Below, piece by piece: positions 52,141 through 64,000 of a DNA stretch of 64,000 nucleotides; the first letter of the stretch is position 1, and every line of letters starts with the position of its first letter. The stretch is taken from the NCBI GenBank assembly GCA_964016885.1, contig OZ024742.1, forward strand, positions 228,656,001 through 228,720,000, given 5' to 3'. Below the pieces are notes generated by a model that saw only the letters and a list, made by a program, of their open reading frames with translations, was not told the DNA's origin and ran no database searches. The position numbers and the translations under genes were made by a program. Source of the stretch: Eledone cirrhosa. Taxonomy: Eukaryota.

Positions 52141-52320
52141 GTTATTAATATATGTGTATGTATATGTATGTGTATGTATATGTATATATGTATGTATGTG
52201 TGTGTGTATATATATATATTTTTTTTAAATTATTTTTTTAAAATTTATTTATTTTATTTTTTTTTTTCTTATTTTTTTTTCTCGTGCAATGGCCATACTC
52301 GATAACGAGGGGGAAGCCAT
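50668..52320 (+). mobile_element. 5'-truncated RTE (BovB-like) LINE with three C-terminal C2H2-type fingers, microsatellite-rich 3' UTR and (ATGT)n tail
   Basis: VKQGDIPAPTLF, LLYADD, FVYLGS, LLYACETW, RLRWSGH, PKQLFYGEL; CSVC..HLRSH, CQTY..HAKVH, CRLC..HIRS. Confidence 0.88.
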
Positions 52321-52464
52321 CATGTATGTATGTATGTATGTATGTATGTATGTATGTATGTATGTATGTATGTATGTATGTATGTATGTATGTATGTATG
52401 TATGCAAGCATGTATGTATGTATGTATGTATGTATGTATGTATGTATGTATGTATGTATCTACG

Positions 52465-54402
52465 TTATCTCTTTCTCTTAATTTCGAGTATATTTTTTGA
52501 CCGGCCCCCTTCCTGGTGGCAAGGTTGTAAAAGAAAAGAAATTGTCATCCCTTGAATCGCAAGAATGTTTTGCAAATTTTGAAGGTGCCAGCTATCGCAG
52601 CCATTTGTAGACTATGAATTAGGGAGCTGCGCTCTTTGACCGCAAATCCAAGTTCAGTCATACTTTGGTCCAAGCGGGTTGGTATATAACCCGTAGCTCC
52701 AATAATGATGGGTATGAAGCTAAAGGTGTATCTTGGATACTGGATTTGTAAACTCCTCATCAATGGTCCGTAGATGTCCTCCTTCTCCTGTATTTTTCTG
52801 ACAACGTTTATATCAAGTGAGCAGCTGATCTGCACAACAGAACACGTTTTCAATGTGTGGTCCCAAACAACAATATCAGGCCAGTTGTGCTTTAATTTGG
52901 TGGCAGTTTTTATTTTCAGGTTCCACCAGTATTCCTTAGTGCCATCTGTCTCAATATATTCTTCCTCGTTTGTTAATTTTGTTTTCCGAAGTGCGTTCCA
53001 GATGGTTCTAGCTATCCCATCGTGTCTCATGGAGAGGTAGTAGCGAGATGACATTCTATCGCAGCTGGCAACAATGTGGTTTACATCCTCGATCTTTGTT
53101 TTACATAGCCTACATTTATTGTCAGCTGATGGTCCTCCCCTTTTGTGCAGCAGATATTTGGTTGGGAGTTCTTGTTCCTGTATTGCATAGAGATATCCCT
53201 CAAGGTGTGATGTCATAAACTTGTCGGAACTCCATGCCAGGCTTTTTGAGTGGTTTATCTCCTCTATGGTCTGTGTTTTACGTCTCAAGTATCCATGCAC
53301 AACTTTTTCTGTAAATTGGTCAATTTTTTCATCTTGTTTGAACATTGAATAGGATCTTCCGATTTCTCTGGGTGAGAGATTTATATCAGGCTTTATTCCA
53401 TATCTTTCCTCCAGATCAGTGGCTATTATAATGATATTTTTTTTTCATGCTCATAAACCTGGGCAAGATGGTTGCCAACCTTTTTCCTCTGTTGAAGATG
53501 TTGCTTCAGTGTTACTATCCGGGTCACATATGATGTTAATATGGATTTTAGACTCTGGCCACCTTCCTTGCATGAGAAGTATAGCCTATCCACATCACCA
53601 TTGATGTTAAAGTTCCCAGTAACACTGAGAAGTTTGCGAGTTCTAACATCCATCTCACTTAGTTCTTGCAATGACCAGTTCAGCAGGCCAAATGTTGGCG
53701 TTAGAATTGGCACAGCATAAGTATTGTGGGCAATGTATTTGTTGTACGCTGACAGTTCTGATGACCATATTTTCTTTACTCTTCTGAGGTATTCAGTTCT
53801 GGTTCTCTCCTTATTTATGGGTCCATCATATCTGACATTCTCATCCTGTCCAAGATATCTGTAGTTGTCACCTGACTGTAGAGGTTGTATTGTCAGACCG
53901 TTTATCTCTAGATTTCTAGAGGAGGGCAGAGCTCTTCCACGTTTTACTGCCAAATATGCACACTTGGACTCACCAAATTTCATTTTGATGTCTGTTGAAA
54001 ATTGTGTAATGAGGTCCAATTGTTTCTTGATGTCATTGATATTTGGCCCATACAACTTCAGGTCATCAACAAAGAAAAGATTGGAGATACTTCTGGACCC
54101 ACTTCCTGAGTAGGTAAGATAGTGGATTTAGTGAGAGAACGAAGAGTAGCACTGACAAGCTATCACCCTGAAAGATGCCCTTCTGGTAATGTATCGTATC
54201 AGTCTTAACTTGCTCCTTCTCACCTCTAAGGATCAAATTGGTGTACCAGTTCTTGGTCAGACGTTCAGCAGCAGCTACTAGTGGTTGTGGGACTTTGGCT
54301 AACTGTAAAGCCTTAACAATCCACCCATGAGGTACACTATCAAATGCTTTTTGATAGTCCAGCCACACCACAGTCATGTTTCTGCGATTCTTTGTTGTTT
54401 TT
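52465..54402 (-). mobile_element. 5'-truncated R4-like RLE LINE, family X
   Basis: [63 protein letters not shown]; (TATG)n on both sides. Confidence 0.9.
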
Positions 54403-54535
54403 ACGCATGTATGTATGTACGTCTGTATGTACGTACGCAGGTATATGCATGCATGTATGTATGTACGCACAAACACATGTATGTATGTATATATGTACGC
54501 ATGCGTATATGTATGTATGTTTGCATGTATGCATG

Positions 54536-54584
<49 letters not shown>

Positions 54585-54667
54585 AATGAATAATAACAGG
54601 TAGACATCATAAAAAGGTAATTTATTCCGTGTGCTTACAAGTGTTTCCACGGTGGTACTACCTATAC

Positions 54668-54782
<115 letters not shown>

Positions 54783-54794
54783 TTACATATGTAT

Positions 54795-55392
54795 GTATAA
54801 TCTCCATAGAGAAAGCCGGTTCCGGCATAGAAACAAGACTCTTTTATTGGAATTTACGCAACATCAACTAGGTAAATACACGTGTGTATGTGTGTGTGTA
54901 TGTATATGTGTGTGTGCTTGTGTGTGTGTGTGTGTCTGCGTGTGCGCGCACATGTATGGATGTTATTGCATGTGTGGATTTGCATGTTTTGAGTTATATA
55001 TATACACGTGCATATTGTTTTATGTCTTTACATGTGCATATGCAGTTATTATATATGTGTCTTTATATGTGTATATGCAGTTATTACATGCTGAATTTCT
55101 GAAATGTTTTATGTATTCTTACAGTTCCATTAATGGACTGTACTTGCAACTTCCTAACTAACCGTGCTTCTTCTGGTTCTGTGAAGGCCAGTTTCTCAAA
55201 ATTCGTACTTAAGTAGTTAGTAACATATCCCAGAGCCCCAATGATTACAGGTACGCATCTAAAGGTATAGTCAGCGTAGAGTATCTGCAGCTTCCTCATT
55301 AGTTCAGCACATCTGTCCTCCTGTGCACAAATTTTTAACATTATGTTAATATCTCCTGGACAGCTGATTACCACTACTGTGCATGCCTTCTT
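54795..55392 (-). mobile_element. 3' fragment of R4-like family Y (diverged)
   Basis: [27 protein letters not shown]. Confidence 0.8.
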
Positions 55393-55410
55393 TACTCAGT
55401 CACGCATCAC

Positions 55411-55441
<31 letters not shown>

Positions 55442-55480
55442 TGTATGTATGTATGTATGTATGTATGTATGTATGTATGT

Positions 55481-56085
55481 CAGGTCACCAGTTGGTGCTA
55501 CTGGTAACATGTATCCCAGTACAACCTGTCTCATGGTCGGGTCGTTGGCGACTAAACTGGCAACCCCACCAAGGTTTCTTGGTGAGGAGGGTGACTTTGG
55601 ACATCCTGCAGGACTAAAAACAAAACCTGTCAAAGGGCAAAGGAGCTCTTAAGAGTCGATAGCCATCCAAAATCACCGGGAGAGATGACCCCTTAGCCTT
55701 TGTCAAGGCAGAATTCTAGGAGAAGGAAAACTCTGATATAACACCTGCAACCCTGATGGTATCCAATGATGTTGACTTGTTCTTCTTTTTGGTAAATATC
55801 ATCTTGGTTAAGAGAGTGGGACTGGCTTTGTGCAGTGCCTTTGCTCACTATAAAAGCTTCACGGCACAGGCATTTTTTTATATCTGGAGTTCTCTCTGCA
55901 CTTGTCGTCACATGGTATCATGGGCCCTGCACTGTGTCAATATTTGTCACAAGTGTAGTGTTTATACCAGAGTTTTCAAGTCGCTGGCTGGACTAAAAAG
56001 TCACACTCGTTCAGCGCATCGGTAGGAGTTCTCCTACATGGATATAAAGTAGTGGCCGTACTCGAAAACGAGTTGGCAGCCACCA
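55481..56085 (+). mobile_element. Non-autonomous bipartite RTE derivative, type 2
   Basis: UTR-like head, last zinc-finger remnant (FKSLAGLKSHTRS), 3' hairpin; (TATG)n on both sides. Confidence 0.75.
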
Positions 56086-56167
56086 TGTATGTATGTATGT
56101 ATGTATGTATGTATGTATGTATGTATGTATGTATGTATGTATGTATGTATGTATGTATGTATGTATG

Positions 56168-56710
56168 TCTTTTGTCCTGCAGGGTGTCCAAAATCGCTCT
56201 CCTCACCAAGTAAACTTGGTGGGGTTGCCGGTTTAGTCGCCGACGACCCGACCATGAGACAGGTTGTACTGGGTTACATGTTACCAGTAGCACTCAAGAG
56301 TGACCCGACATAACCTGACAAACGGCGGAAGAACTCATAAGAGTCAACTCAACGGCCATCCAAAAGTGTGTAAATATATATATATATACACATGTACCGC
56401 ACGGTTAAACCACTGGGAGTAAAGGACCCCTAGCCTTTGTCAAGGCATTCTTCTAGGAGTAGGCAACTCAGAAAACTGGGATGACTCCGATATAAAACCT
56501 GTGGCTCAGTAGTTACCGATGATGTTGATATTTTCTTCTTTTCTGGTTATAGATACTGTTGCTCAGAGAGTGGGATTGGTTCAGTGCACAGTCTTTCCTC
56601 ACTTTAAAAAATATCTTCATGCACAGGCATTGCACGATAGAATTAATTAATAATTATTAATAATGGTATATCATGCAATGGCCATACTCGATAACAAGGG
56701 GACAGCCATC
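56168..56710 (+). mobile_element. Non-autonomous RTE derivative, type 1, with inverted 5' segment (56168-56310)
   Basis: The inverted piece matches 55481-55615; the forward piece resumes at the position homologous to 55624. Confidence 0.75.
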
Positions 56711-56717
56711 ATGTATG

Positions 56718-57148
56718 TTTTTCTGGTTTTATAATTTCACAAATTTTTGCCAATTGAGAGAGAGTCGGTTTCTAACATAGACACAAGAATCTCTCATTGG
56801 AATTTACACAACATGACCTAGGTATATATTTATGCATGTGGTTGCAGATATGGATGTTACTGTATGTGTGGATATGTATGTTTTGAGTTGAATGTGTGCA
56901 AGTGCATATGCTTTGTATATGTACATGTGTATATGCAGTTATTAGATACAAAACTTTCGGAATGTTTTACAAATTTTTACTGTTCCATTAATGGATTGTA
57001 CTTGTAATTTCCTAACTAGTTGTGTTCTTTCTGTTCCTGTGAAGCCCAGCTTCTCAAGATTTGTATTGAGGCTGTTACTAACATACCCCGGTACCCCAAT
57101 AATCACAAGCATAAATCTGAAGGTGTAATCAGGGTGGAGTATCTGCAG
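56718..57148 (-). mobile_element. 3' fragment of R4-like family Y
   Basis: Homologous to 57691-58125. Confidence 0.82.
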
Positions 57149-57161
57149 TATGTATGTATGT

Positions 57162-57612
57162 AGGGCAAAGGAGCTCTTAAGAGTCAATGACCATCCAAAA
57201 TCACCGAGAGAGATGACCCCTTAGCCTTTGTCAAGGCAGAATTCTAGGAGAAGGAAAACTCTGATATAACACCTGCAATCCTGATGGTATCCAATGATGT
57301 TGACTTGTTCTTCTTTTTGGTAAATATCATCTTGGTTAAGAGAGTGGGACTGACTTTGTGCAGTACCTTTGCTCACTATAAAAGCTTCACAGCACAGGCA
57401 TTGCTTTATATCTGGAGATCTCTCTGCACTTGTCGTCACATGGTACCATGGGCCCAGCACTATGTGTCAATAATTGTCACAGGTGTAGTGTTTGTACCAG
57501 AGTTTTCAAGTCGCTGGCTGGACTAAAAAGTCACACTCGTTCAGCGCAACGGTAGGAGTTCTACATGGATATAAAGTAGTGGCCGTACTCGAAAACGAGT
57601 TGGCAGCCACCA
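57162..57612 (+). mobile_element. Non-autonomous RTE derivative, type 2 (5'-truncated)
   Basis: Near-identical to 55633-56085. Confidence 0.8.
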
Positions 57613-57690
57613 TGTATGTATGTATGTATGTATGTATGTATGTATGTATGTATGTATGTATGTATGTATGTATGTATGTATGTATGTATG

Positions 57691-58910
57691 TTCTTTTGGT
57701 TTTATAATTTCACAAAGTTTTACTAATAGAGAGAGAGTCGGTTTCTAACATAGACGCAAGACTCTCTCATTGGAATTTACACAACATGAACTAGGTAGAT
57801 ATGTATGTATGCATGCATGTGTAGATATGGATGTTATTGTATGTGTGGATGTGTTTGTTTTGAGTTGTATGTGTGCATGCGTATATGCTTTGTATCTGTA
57901 CATATGTATATGCAGTTATTAGATGCAAAAGTTTTGAAATGTTTTACATATTTTTACTGTTCCATTAATGGATTGTACTTGTAGTTTCCTAACTAGTTGT
58001 GTTCTTTCTATTCCTGTGAAGCCTAGCTTCTCAAGATTTGTATTGAGGCAGTTACTAACATATCCCAGTGCCCCAATAATCACAGGCATAAATCTGAAGG
58101 TGTAATCAGAGTGGAGTATCTGCAGATTTCTCATCAGTTCTGCATAAATATTCTCCTTTTCACTAATCTTTGATATTATATTGGCATCTGCTGGGCAGCT
58201 AATCTCCACTACTGTGCATGTTTTCTTCTCCCTGTCTCATATCATAATATCTGGTCTGTTATGCCTGCATTTTATTGGGGTTTTACTGGAACATTCCACC
58301 AGTACTCTTTCATATTATGTACATGGATGTCTTCCACATTGTTGTAGCTTTTAATGTGTTTATTATCGGGGCTGTCCTTTTTACGAACTGCATTGTACAG
58401 TGTTTTGGCCACTACATCATGCCTCATAGGTAGATAGTACCGCGATGACATATTTGGACAGCTGCTGATGACATGGGTGATATCCTCGATGTTAGTTCTG
58501 CAGAGTCTGCACTTGTTATCACATCTAGGTGTTTTGCCTGCATCCCTATCTCTTTTGTGAATCAGGTATTTCGTTCTAATTTCCTGTTCTTTGATTGCAA
58601 AAGCGTATCCTTCAAAGTGGGAACCAATATAACGGTTGTTGGTCCAAGATAGACTACTTTCCTTATCTATATTACTCTCACTCTGGAGCTTCCTGGCAAC
58701 ATATCCATGCATGATTTTTTGCTGATAGGCATGCAGTTTGTCATCCATGGATTCACTGCGATACTGCTGAGAGAAATCCCTGGGTGTGAGTTTTTGATTA
58801 TCACACAGGGAATATCTCTCAAGGAGTTGCTTCCCAACTCTAATGATCTTATCTGTTTCATGCAAAAAGACTTGCTCGAGAAGCGGGCTCCTACGCCTCG
58901 AGGTTCGTAG
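57691..58910 (-). mobile_element. 5'-truncated R4-like RLE LINE, family Y
   Basis: EGYAFAIKEQEI, CRLC..EDITHVISSC, MRHD, HNRPDI, EISCP..EKENIY..PVIIGALG; (TATG)n on both sides. Confidence 0.88.
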
Positions 58911-59110
58911 ATGTATGTATGTATGTATGTATGTATGTATGTATGTATGTATGTATGTATGTATGTATGTATGTATGTATGTATGTATGTATGTGTGTAT
59001 GTATGTGTGTGTGTATGCATGTATGTGTATACACACACACACGTCTCATGGGCCTCTGAATACACGAGCATAAATCCAGAGTAGCAGTATTCTAACCCGG
59101 CCTTAATAAA

Positions 59111-59209
<99 letters not shown>

Positions 59210-59254
59210 TATATACATATATATATACATATATATATACATATATATATATAT

Positions 59255-61475
59255 ATTGTTATACTTTGGGAGGGTCATGTTGCCAATAAGAAACAGACGC
59301 ACCAGTTGCTTTCACTTCAATTTATTATAATAAATTTATAAATTTAGGAATTTATAAATTTCCGGTTGGTTGGTTCCACAACCAGATGGTTGTTTATATA
59401 TTGTCAAAGTTCTTTCGTCACACATTCTGTGACCTCTTCAGTGACTGGTTACTCTCGCTGATTATGCTGCGGAGGTCCTCCGTGCTGTCACATACATCTG
59501 GGGACATTTCAATGATGATGATGATGATGAAATGTCCCCAGATGTATGTGACAGCACGGAGGACCTCCTCAGCAGAATCGGCGAGAGTAACCTATCTAGG
59601 GACCTAACAAACTGCATAATAGGTAGTATGGATGTTGTGTCCCTGTATCCATCTATTGACGTGGATTTTGCTGTGGAGAAATGCGTAGAAATGATCAGTG
59701 AGAGCAATGTTGAGTTCCGTGGGATTGATACCAGTGAGCTGGGACTCCTACTTAAACTTACCTAGAGTAATAATTACCTAGACACATATGACCTTAGCAA
59801 CCTGTGCCCTACAAGACCAGCAAGAGGCAGACCACCTACCATTACCTCAATGGCCAAGAAAACCCACACAGATAGATGGAACGGGTGGACCAGAGCCATA
59901 CGGACCCCCGAAAACCACGATGAACTAAAGAAAAGGATTGCACATGCGGTGGGGGCCAGCATAAAATTAACCCTTAAGGAACATATGTTCAAATTTAATG
60001 GAAAAACATATGCCCAAGAGGAAGGAGCAGCTATTGGTGTTAGCATTGCAGGCGACATAGCTAACTTATTCATGGTATGGTGGGACAGTAGACTTAAACT
60101 TAAACTTAAAGAACAATTAGAAGACCCCTTAACCCTGATAATGTACTCCCGCTACGTTGATGATATAAACATCGTAGTTAAGACACCCCCACTAGAGAAC
60201 AGTCAGGAATTAGAGAAAAACACAATGGAAAGCATCCAGCAAATAGCTAACTCCATCCACCAGAGTATTAGAGTTACTATAGACTACCCAAGTAAACACC
60301 CCAACCATCGATTACCTGTACTAGACACAGAGCTCTGGTTAGATACCATTAATAACAAAAAAAAAAACAAATCCTCCATTCCCATTATGCCAAACCTATG
60401 ACTTCCAAATATCTGATCCACCGAAACTCAGCTGTTTCGGACCATACCAAAATCAACATACTGATTGCGGATTTGGTACGGGTGATGAGAAACGTGTCCT
60501 GCATGTGCAACCCCGAAGAACTAGAGAGACACATACAACACTTCATCCACCGTATGCAGTTCTCTGGTTACAATCAGAGAGATAAAATCAGAGTGTATAG
60601 AGGAGCCAGAACCAAATGGGAAAAAATGGTAAATAATGACACAAATGGGACCTGCCCTTGGAATAGGAGCAAATTTTGGAATAGAATAGAAAGAACTAGG
60701 AATAAGGCTAATAGAATAAACTCATGGCATGATAGCAATAAATACCAGAGTGTAATGTTCATCAATACAACCCCTAGAGGTGAATTAGCTTACAAATTTA
60801 GAAGGGCCCTAGATAAACATAAACTCAATATTAAGATAGTAGAAAGACCAGGTACCTCCATAAAAACACTTATTAGCAAAACATACCCTTTTCAAAGACC
60901 CCCCTGTATAGATAAGAAATGTATAACCTGTTAATTAAGCCCCCATATTAACTGTAAAACCAGAAATGTAGTATATAGCATAAGATGTACTGAAGGACAA
61001 TGTAGAGACAAAAATATAGTGTACATAGGTGAGACAGCTCGTAGTGTAGGGGAACGGATAAATGAACACTGGCGAAACCTTCAAGATAGTAAAGAATCAT
61101 CTGTACTCTACCAACATGCTAAAATAGAACATAAGGGTAAATTAGAGAACATAGAAATAAAAATAGAATCTACACACAGAAAAGACGCAATGTTTAGACA
61201 AATCACAGAGGCAATAAACATAAAAGAATTACAACCAAAATTAAATAGAAAACATGAGTGGAACAGCAACATCACAATTTACAATTAAGGACAAAATGAA
61301 AACACACACGCACATAGAACAAACAACCAATCTGTAACATGTAAATAAACAAATGAATAAGAGAAAGCAACTGGTGCGTGTGTCTCTTATTGGCAACATG
61401 ACCCTCCCAAAGTATAACAATATCGGTTTCAACACACGTTTTCAGATAAAGAATCTTGCTAAACAAATTCAGAAA

Positions 61476-61478
<3 letters not shown>
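59255..61478 (+). mobile_element. 5'-truncated Penelope-like element (RT and GIY-YIG) with an inverted 5' segment
   Basis: SMDVVSLYPSI, QEEGAAIG, YSRYVDD, LPVLD; NVVY..YIGETAR..ERINEH..EAINI..PKLN; 59256-59312 is inverted at 61363-61421; (TA)n flanks. Confidence 0.9.
59403..59445 (-). ncRNA. Hammerhead motif in the inverted pseudo-LTR
   Basis: gtca CTGAAGA g gtcac agaatgt gtgac GAA AGAACT T tgac. Confidence 0.7.
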
Positions 61479-61512
<34 letters not shown>

Positions 61513-61515
<3 letters not shown>

Positions 61516-61748
61516 CGGAAGAAATGTGGAATGTGGTAAGGAACTAGGTGGACCATAACGCACCAAAGTACTCAATACTTAGTGTAGTAGAGTGGGTAAT
61601 AGGAACGAGTAAGACCCCGACGGCTGAGCTCAAGCCGTTTCGACGGCTAATTCTGGTCCAGAATTAGCCGTCGAAACGGCTTGAGCTCAGCCCAGAATAT
61701 GCCGTCGAAAGGGCTTGAGCTCAGCCGTCGGGGTCTTACTCGTTCCTA
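61513..61748. mobile_element. Pseudo-LTR-like fragment with fold-back and three hammerhead 3' halves
   Basis: 61600-61656 is inverted twice downstream; GAA ACGGCTTGAGCTCAGCCGT C ggggtc. Confidence 0.65.
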
Positions 61749-61789
61749 TATATATATATATGTATGTGTGTATGTGTGTGTATGTGTTT

Positions 61790-62212
61790 GTAGTGATGCC
61801 TGTACGTCACCCATGTCTCACAAGCGTGCATTAATGATGTGACAACACATGTATTGTACACATATGCTTTCGTCTGCAGAGAGATCCCATGTTGAGATCA
61901 TTGACGTGCCTTATATTTACCAAAATCATGACTTACTTTCTGAATCCTGAGATTCCCTTCATCCTCCTAGCTGCAAGACTTCATCACAGTGCTTCGCAGT
62001 TAAACAAACTTTTCAACTACACCATTGACGCTTTCCACACACAAAGATATTATTCTCTCTGTACTGCATTCATGGCACCGATTGCAGTATACCTACGGCA
62101 TCCCTGAGACTTATTGCCAGCCTCATGGCAGTGCAAGCCTTCTCGAAAGCATCCGTCAAATGTTGCTTATCTACAAGGCCACAATCATCAGCATAGAACA
62201 AATCTATCACCG
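61790..62212 (-). pseudogene. Old RTE RT fragment related to 50668-52029
   Basis: Minus-strand translation DLFYADDC..DAF..VVEKFV..TKAYVYNTC..HACETWVTY with stops. Confidence 0.75.
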
Positions 62213-62218
62213 CTAGGT

Positions 62219-62486
62219 TGGAGAATGGCGCCTGGTCGTAATTTTGGAAGTGCCTGTTAATATATATGTGTATGTTTTATATTGAAAATACAACTGTGCT
62301 CCAGTTTGATCACTTTTCTTTTATTAAGAACTTTCCTATCTCTAAACTAAGCATAAAGAAACAGAAAGGAAAGACGAAAAATTCTCAATAAAAATGATCA
62401 AACTGGAGCACAGTTGTATTTTCAAGATAAAACATACACATATATATTAATAGGCACTGCCAGAATTACGACCAGGCTCCATTCCA
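62219..62486. mobile_element. MITE-like element with ~95-bp imperfect terminal inverted repeats
   Basis: cctggtcgtaatt..ctgtgctccagtttgatca is inverted at 62394-62485. Confidence 0.65.
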
Positions 62487-62745
62487 GCCTAGTGGTTGTA
62501 AGTCGTCATGGACGTAACTTAAGACCTGTACGTATGGCATGGATACATGTATTTTATATGTATAACTCATAACTCATTGACACTGTTCTATGTAACTAAT
62601 ATATTTTATATCCATGTCTGTTAAGATATCCTCATTGAATATGAGCTAGCCTCGTCCACGATAACAATCGCTTCTGCTATGTATCCTTATCCTGTGTTGG
62701 AATTATCAAACATTTCAATAAACGTTTCATTTACTACTGCATTTA

Positions 62746-64000
62746 TCTCGGAGCCGTTCGAAATCGCGCGGTTCATCCGACAAGGGTGCCCTCTCTCCTC
62801 CCTTCTGTATGTATTGACTCTCGAGCCACTACTTCGGAAGTTGGAGTTGTTGCAGGGCATCCCTTTTGAACCGGGATTGCGGAAAGCGGCGTCGGCCTAC
62901 GCCGATGACGTAACAGTAATGCTGTCGACGGCCTCCGAAATCGGGGCGATCGGCACCTTACTGGAGGAGTACGAAAGGTTTACAGGGGCTAAGCTGAACC
63001 AGGACAAGTCGATCGGTTTGCAACTCGGCACGTGGAGGGGAAAACCGATGTCCTCCGATGGCGTCGTCGGACGCTGGACGGAGGGCCCGGTGAAGTTGCT
63101 CGGGGTCTGGTTCGGACCAGACCTCCAGGTGGAGAAGAACTGGGGTGAGGTTACGAACAGGGTGTTTGCACTGACCCAGAAGTGGGCCAGTTGAAAGCTA
63201 TCCCTGAAAGGTCGGGTGGAAGTGGCGAACACCTATATAGCGTCCGTCATCTACTACCGGCTGACCGTCGTGCCTTGCTCAAGGGAAACCCTCGCCAAGA
63301 TGGAGCGCGCACTCTTCCAATTCCTTTGGAAGAAGCGGGCTCCTTTGGTGAGGAGATACATCTGCTGTCAACACCCTTCGAAAGGAGGGCTGGGGACGCC
63401 GTGACTAATGATGCGTAAACACGCATTAAGGCTACGGCACCTCCACGTATTCCTCGCCGGTCAACCGGTGTGGGCCCCGTTTGTGAGACGAACCTTTCCC
63501 AGACTCGTCTCACTCACCGAGCTGCAATCCTGGGTCAAGCAAAGACCGAGAAAACTGGGCGCCTGGTACACTGAGTGTGCCCAGGCGCTCACGGCCCTCT
63601 GGCAGGCGGACCCGGTTATCAGTGGACACTCCACCGCGACATTCTATAGAGGGCTGGTAGGCAGCAGGTGCGACGACGCCCTCGGAGAAGCCCTAGACAT
63701 GGAGGAAGACGAACTGGCCAGCCTGTTCGATAGGACATTCAGCCCGGGACCTATGGACAACTTCCAGAAGTCCCTGGCCTGGCAGTGCTACCGAGGGGAT
63801 CTGCCCGTTCGAGAAAAGCTCTACAGACACGGGTGCCCGGGTAGGGACCCCGCCAAAAAGATCTTCCCCAGATGCGTGTGCGACGAGGAAACCGTTGCAC
63901 ACGCATTGGTACACTGCTCGGGCGTAGCCAATCTGTGGGGCTATGTCGAACGACTGCTGTCACGGGTGGGACCGATCCGGTTGACCACCGAGGCCATTGT
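62746..64000 (+). mobile_element. 5'-truncated Tx1-clade ORF2 fragment (copy D, diverged subfamily), runs off the window
   Basis: RQGCPLSSLLYVLTLEPLL, YADD, GLQLGTWRG, MDNFQKSLAWQCYRG; contains in-frame stops. Confidence 0.9.

Noticed and set aside
55481-55570. HDV-like ribozyme at the 5' end of the RTE derivative (acc-tgtctcat-ggt resembles P3/L3)
   Set aside because: Could not find P1 or P2 partners by eye

Overview
Eukaryotic, AT-rich, microsatellite-dense intergenic or intronic DNA with no recognisable host gene. The SINE repertoire and repeat style suggest a cephalopod such as octopus (inference). Nearly all non-repetitive sequence is retroelement-derived and sorts by microsatellite type. 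(1) An (AAT)n nest at 0.8-19.8 kb holds three head-to-tail Tx1/L1-clade LINEs (one with an intact 1139-aa ORF2), R4/Dong-like RLE LINEs, and a tRNA-derived SINE that shares its 3' tail and ATTATT target with the Tx1 elements. (2) (TA)n tracts at 21-40 kb and 59-62 kb hold Penelope-like (GIY-YIG) elements and many short inverted-repeat modules carrying minimal hammerhead ribozyme motifs. (3) A (TACA/TATG)n nest at 46.5-59 kb holds two other R4-like families, an RTE with C-terminal C2H2 fingers, and its non-autonomous derivatives. Helitron and mariner-like MITE remnants are also present. All alignments and RNA folds were read by eye, and boundaries may be off by a few bases.
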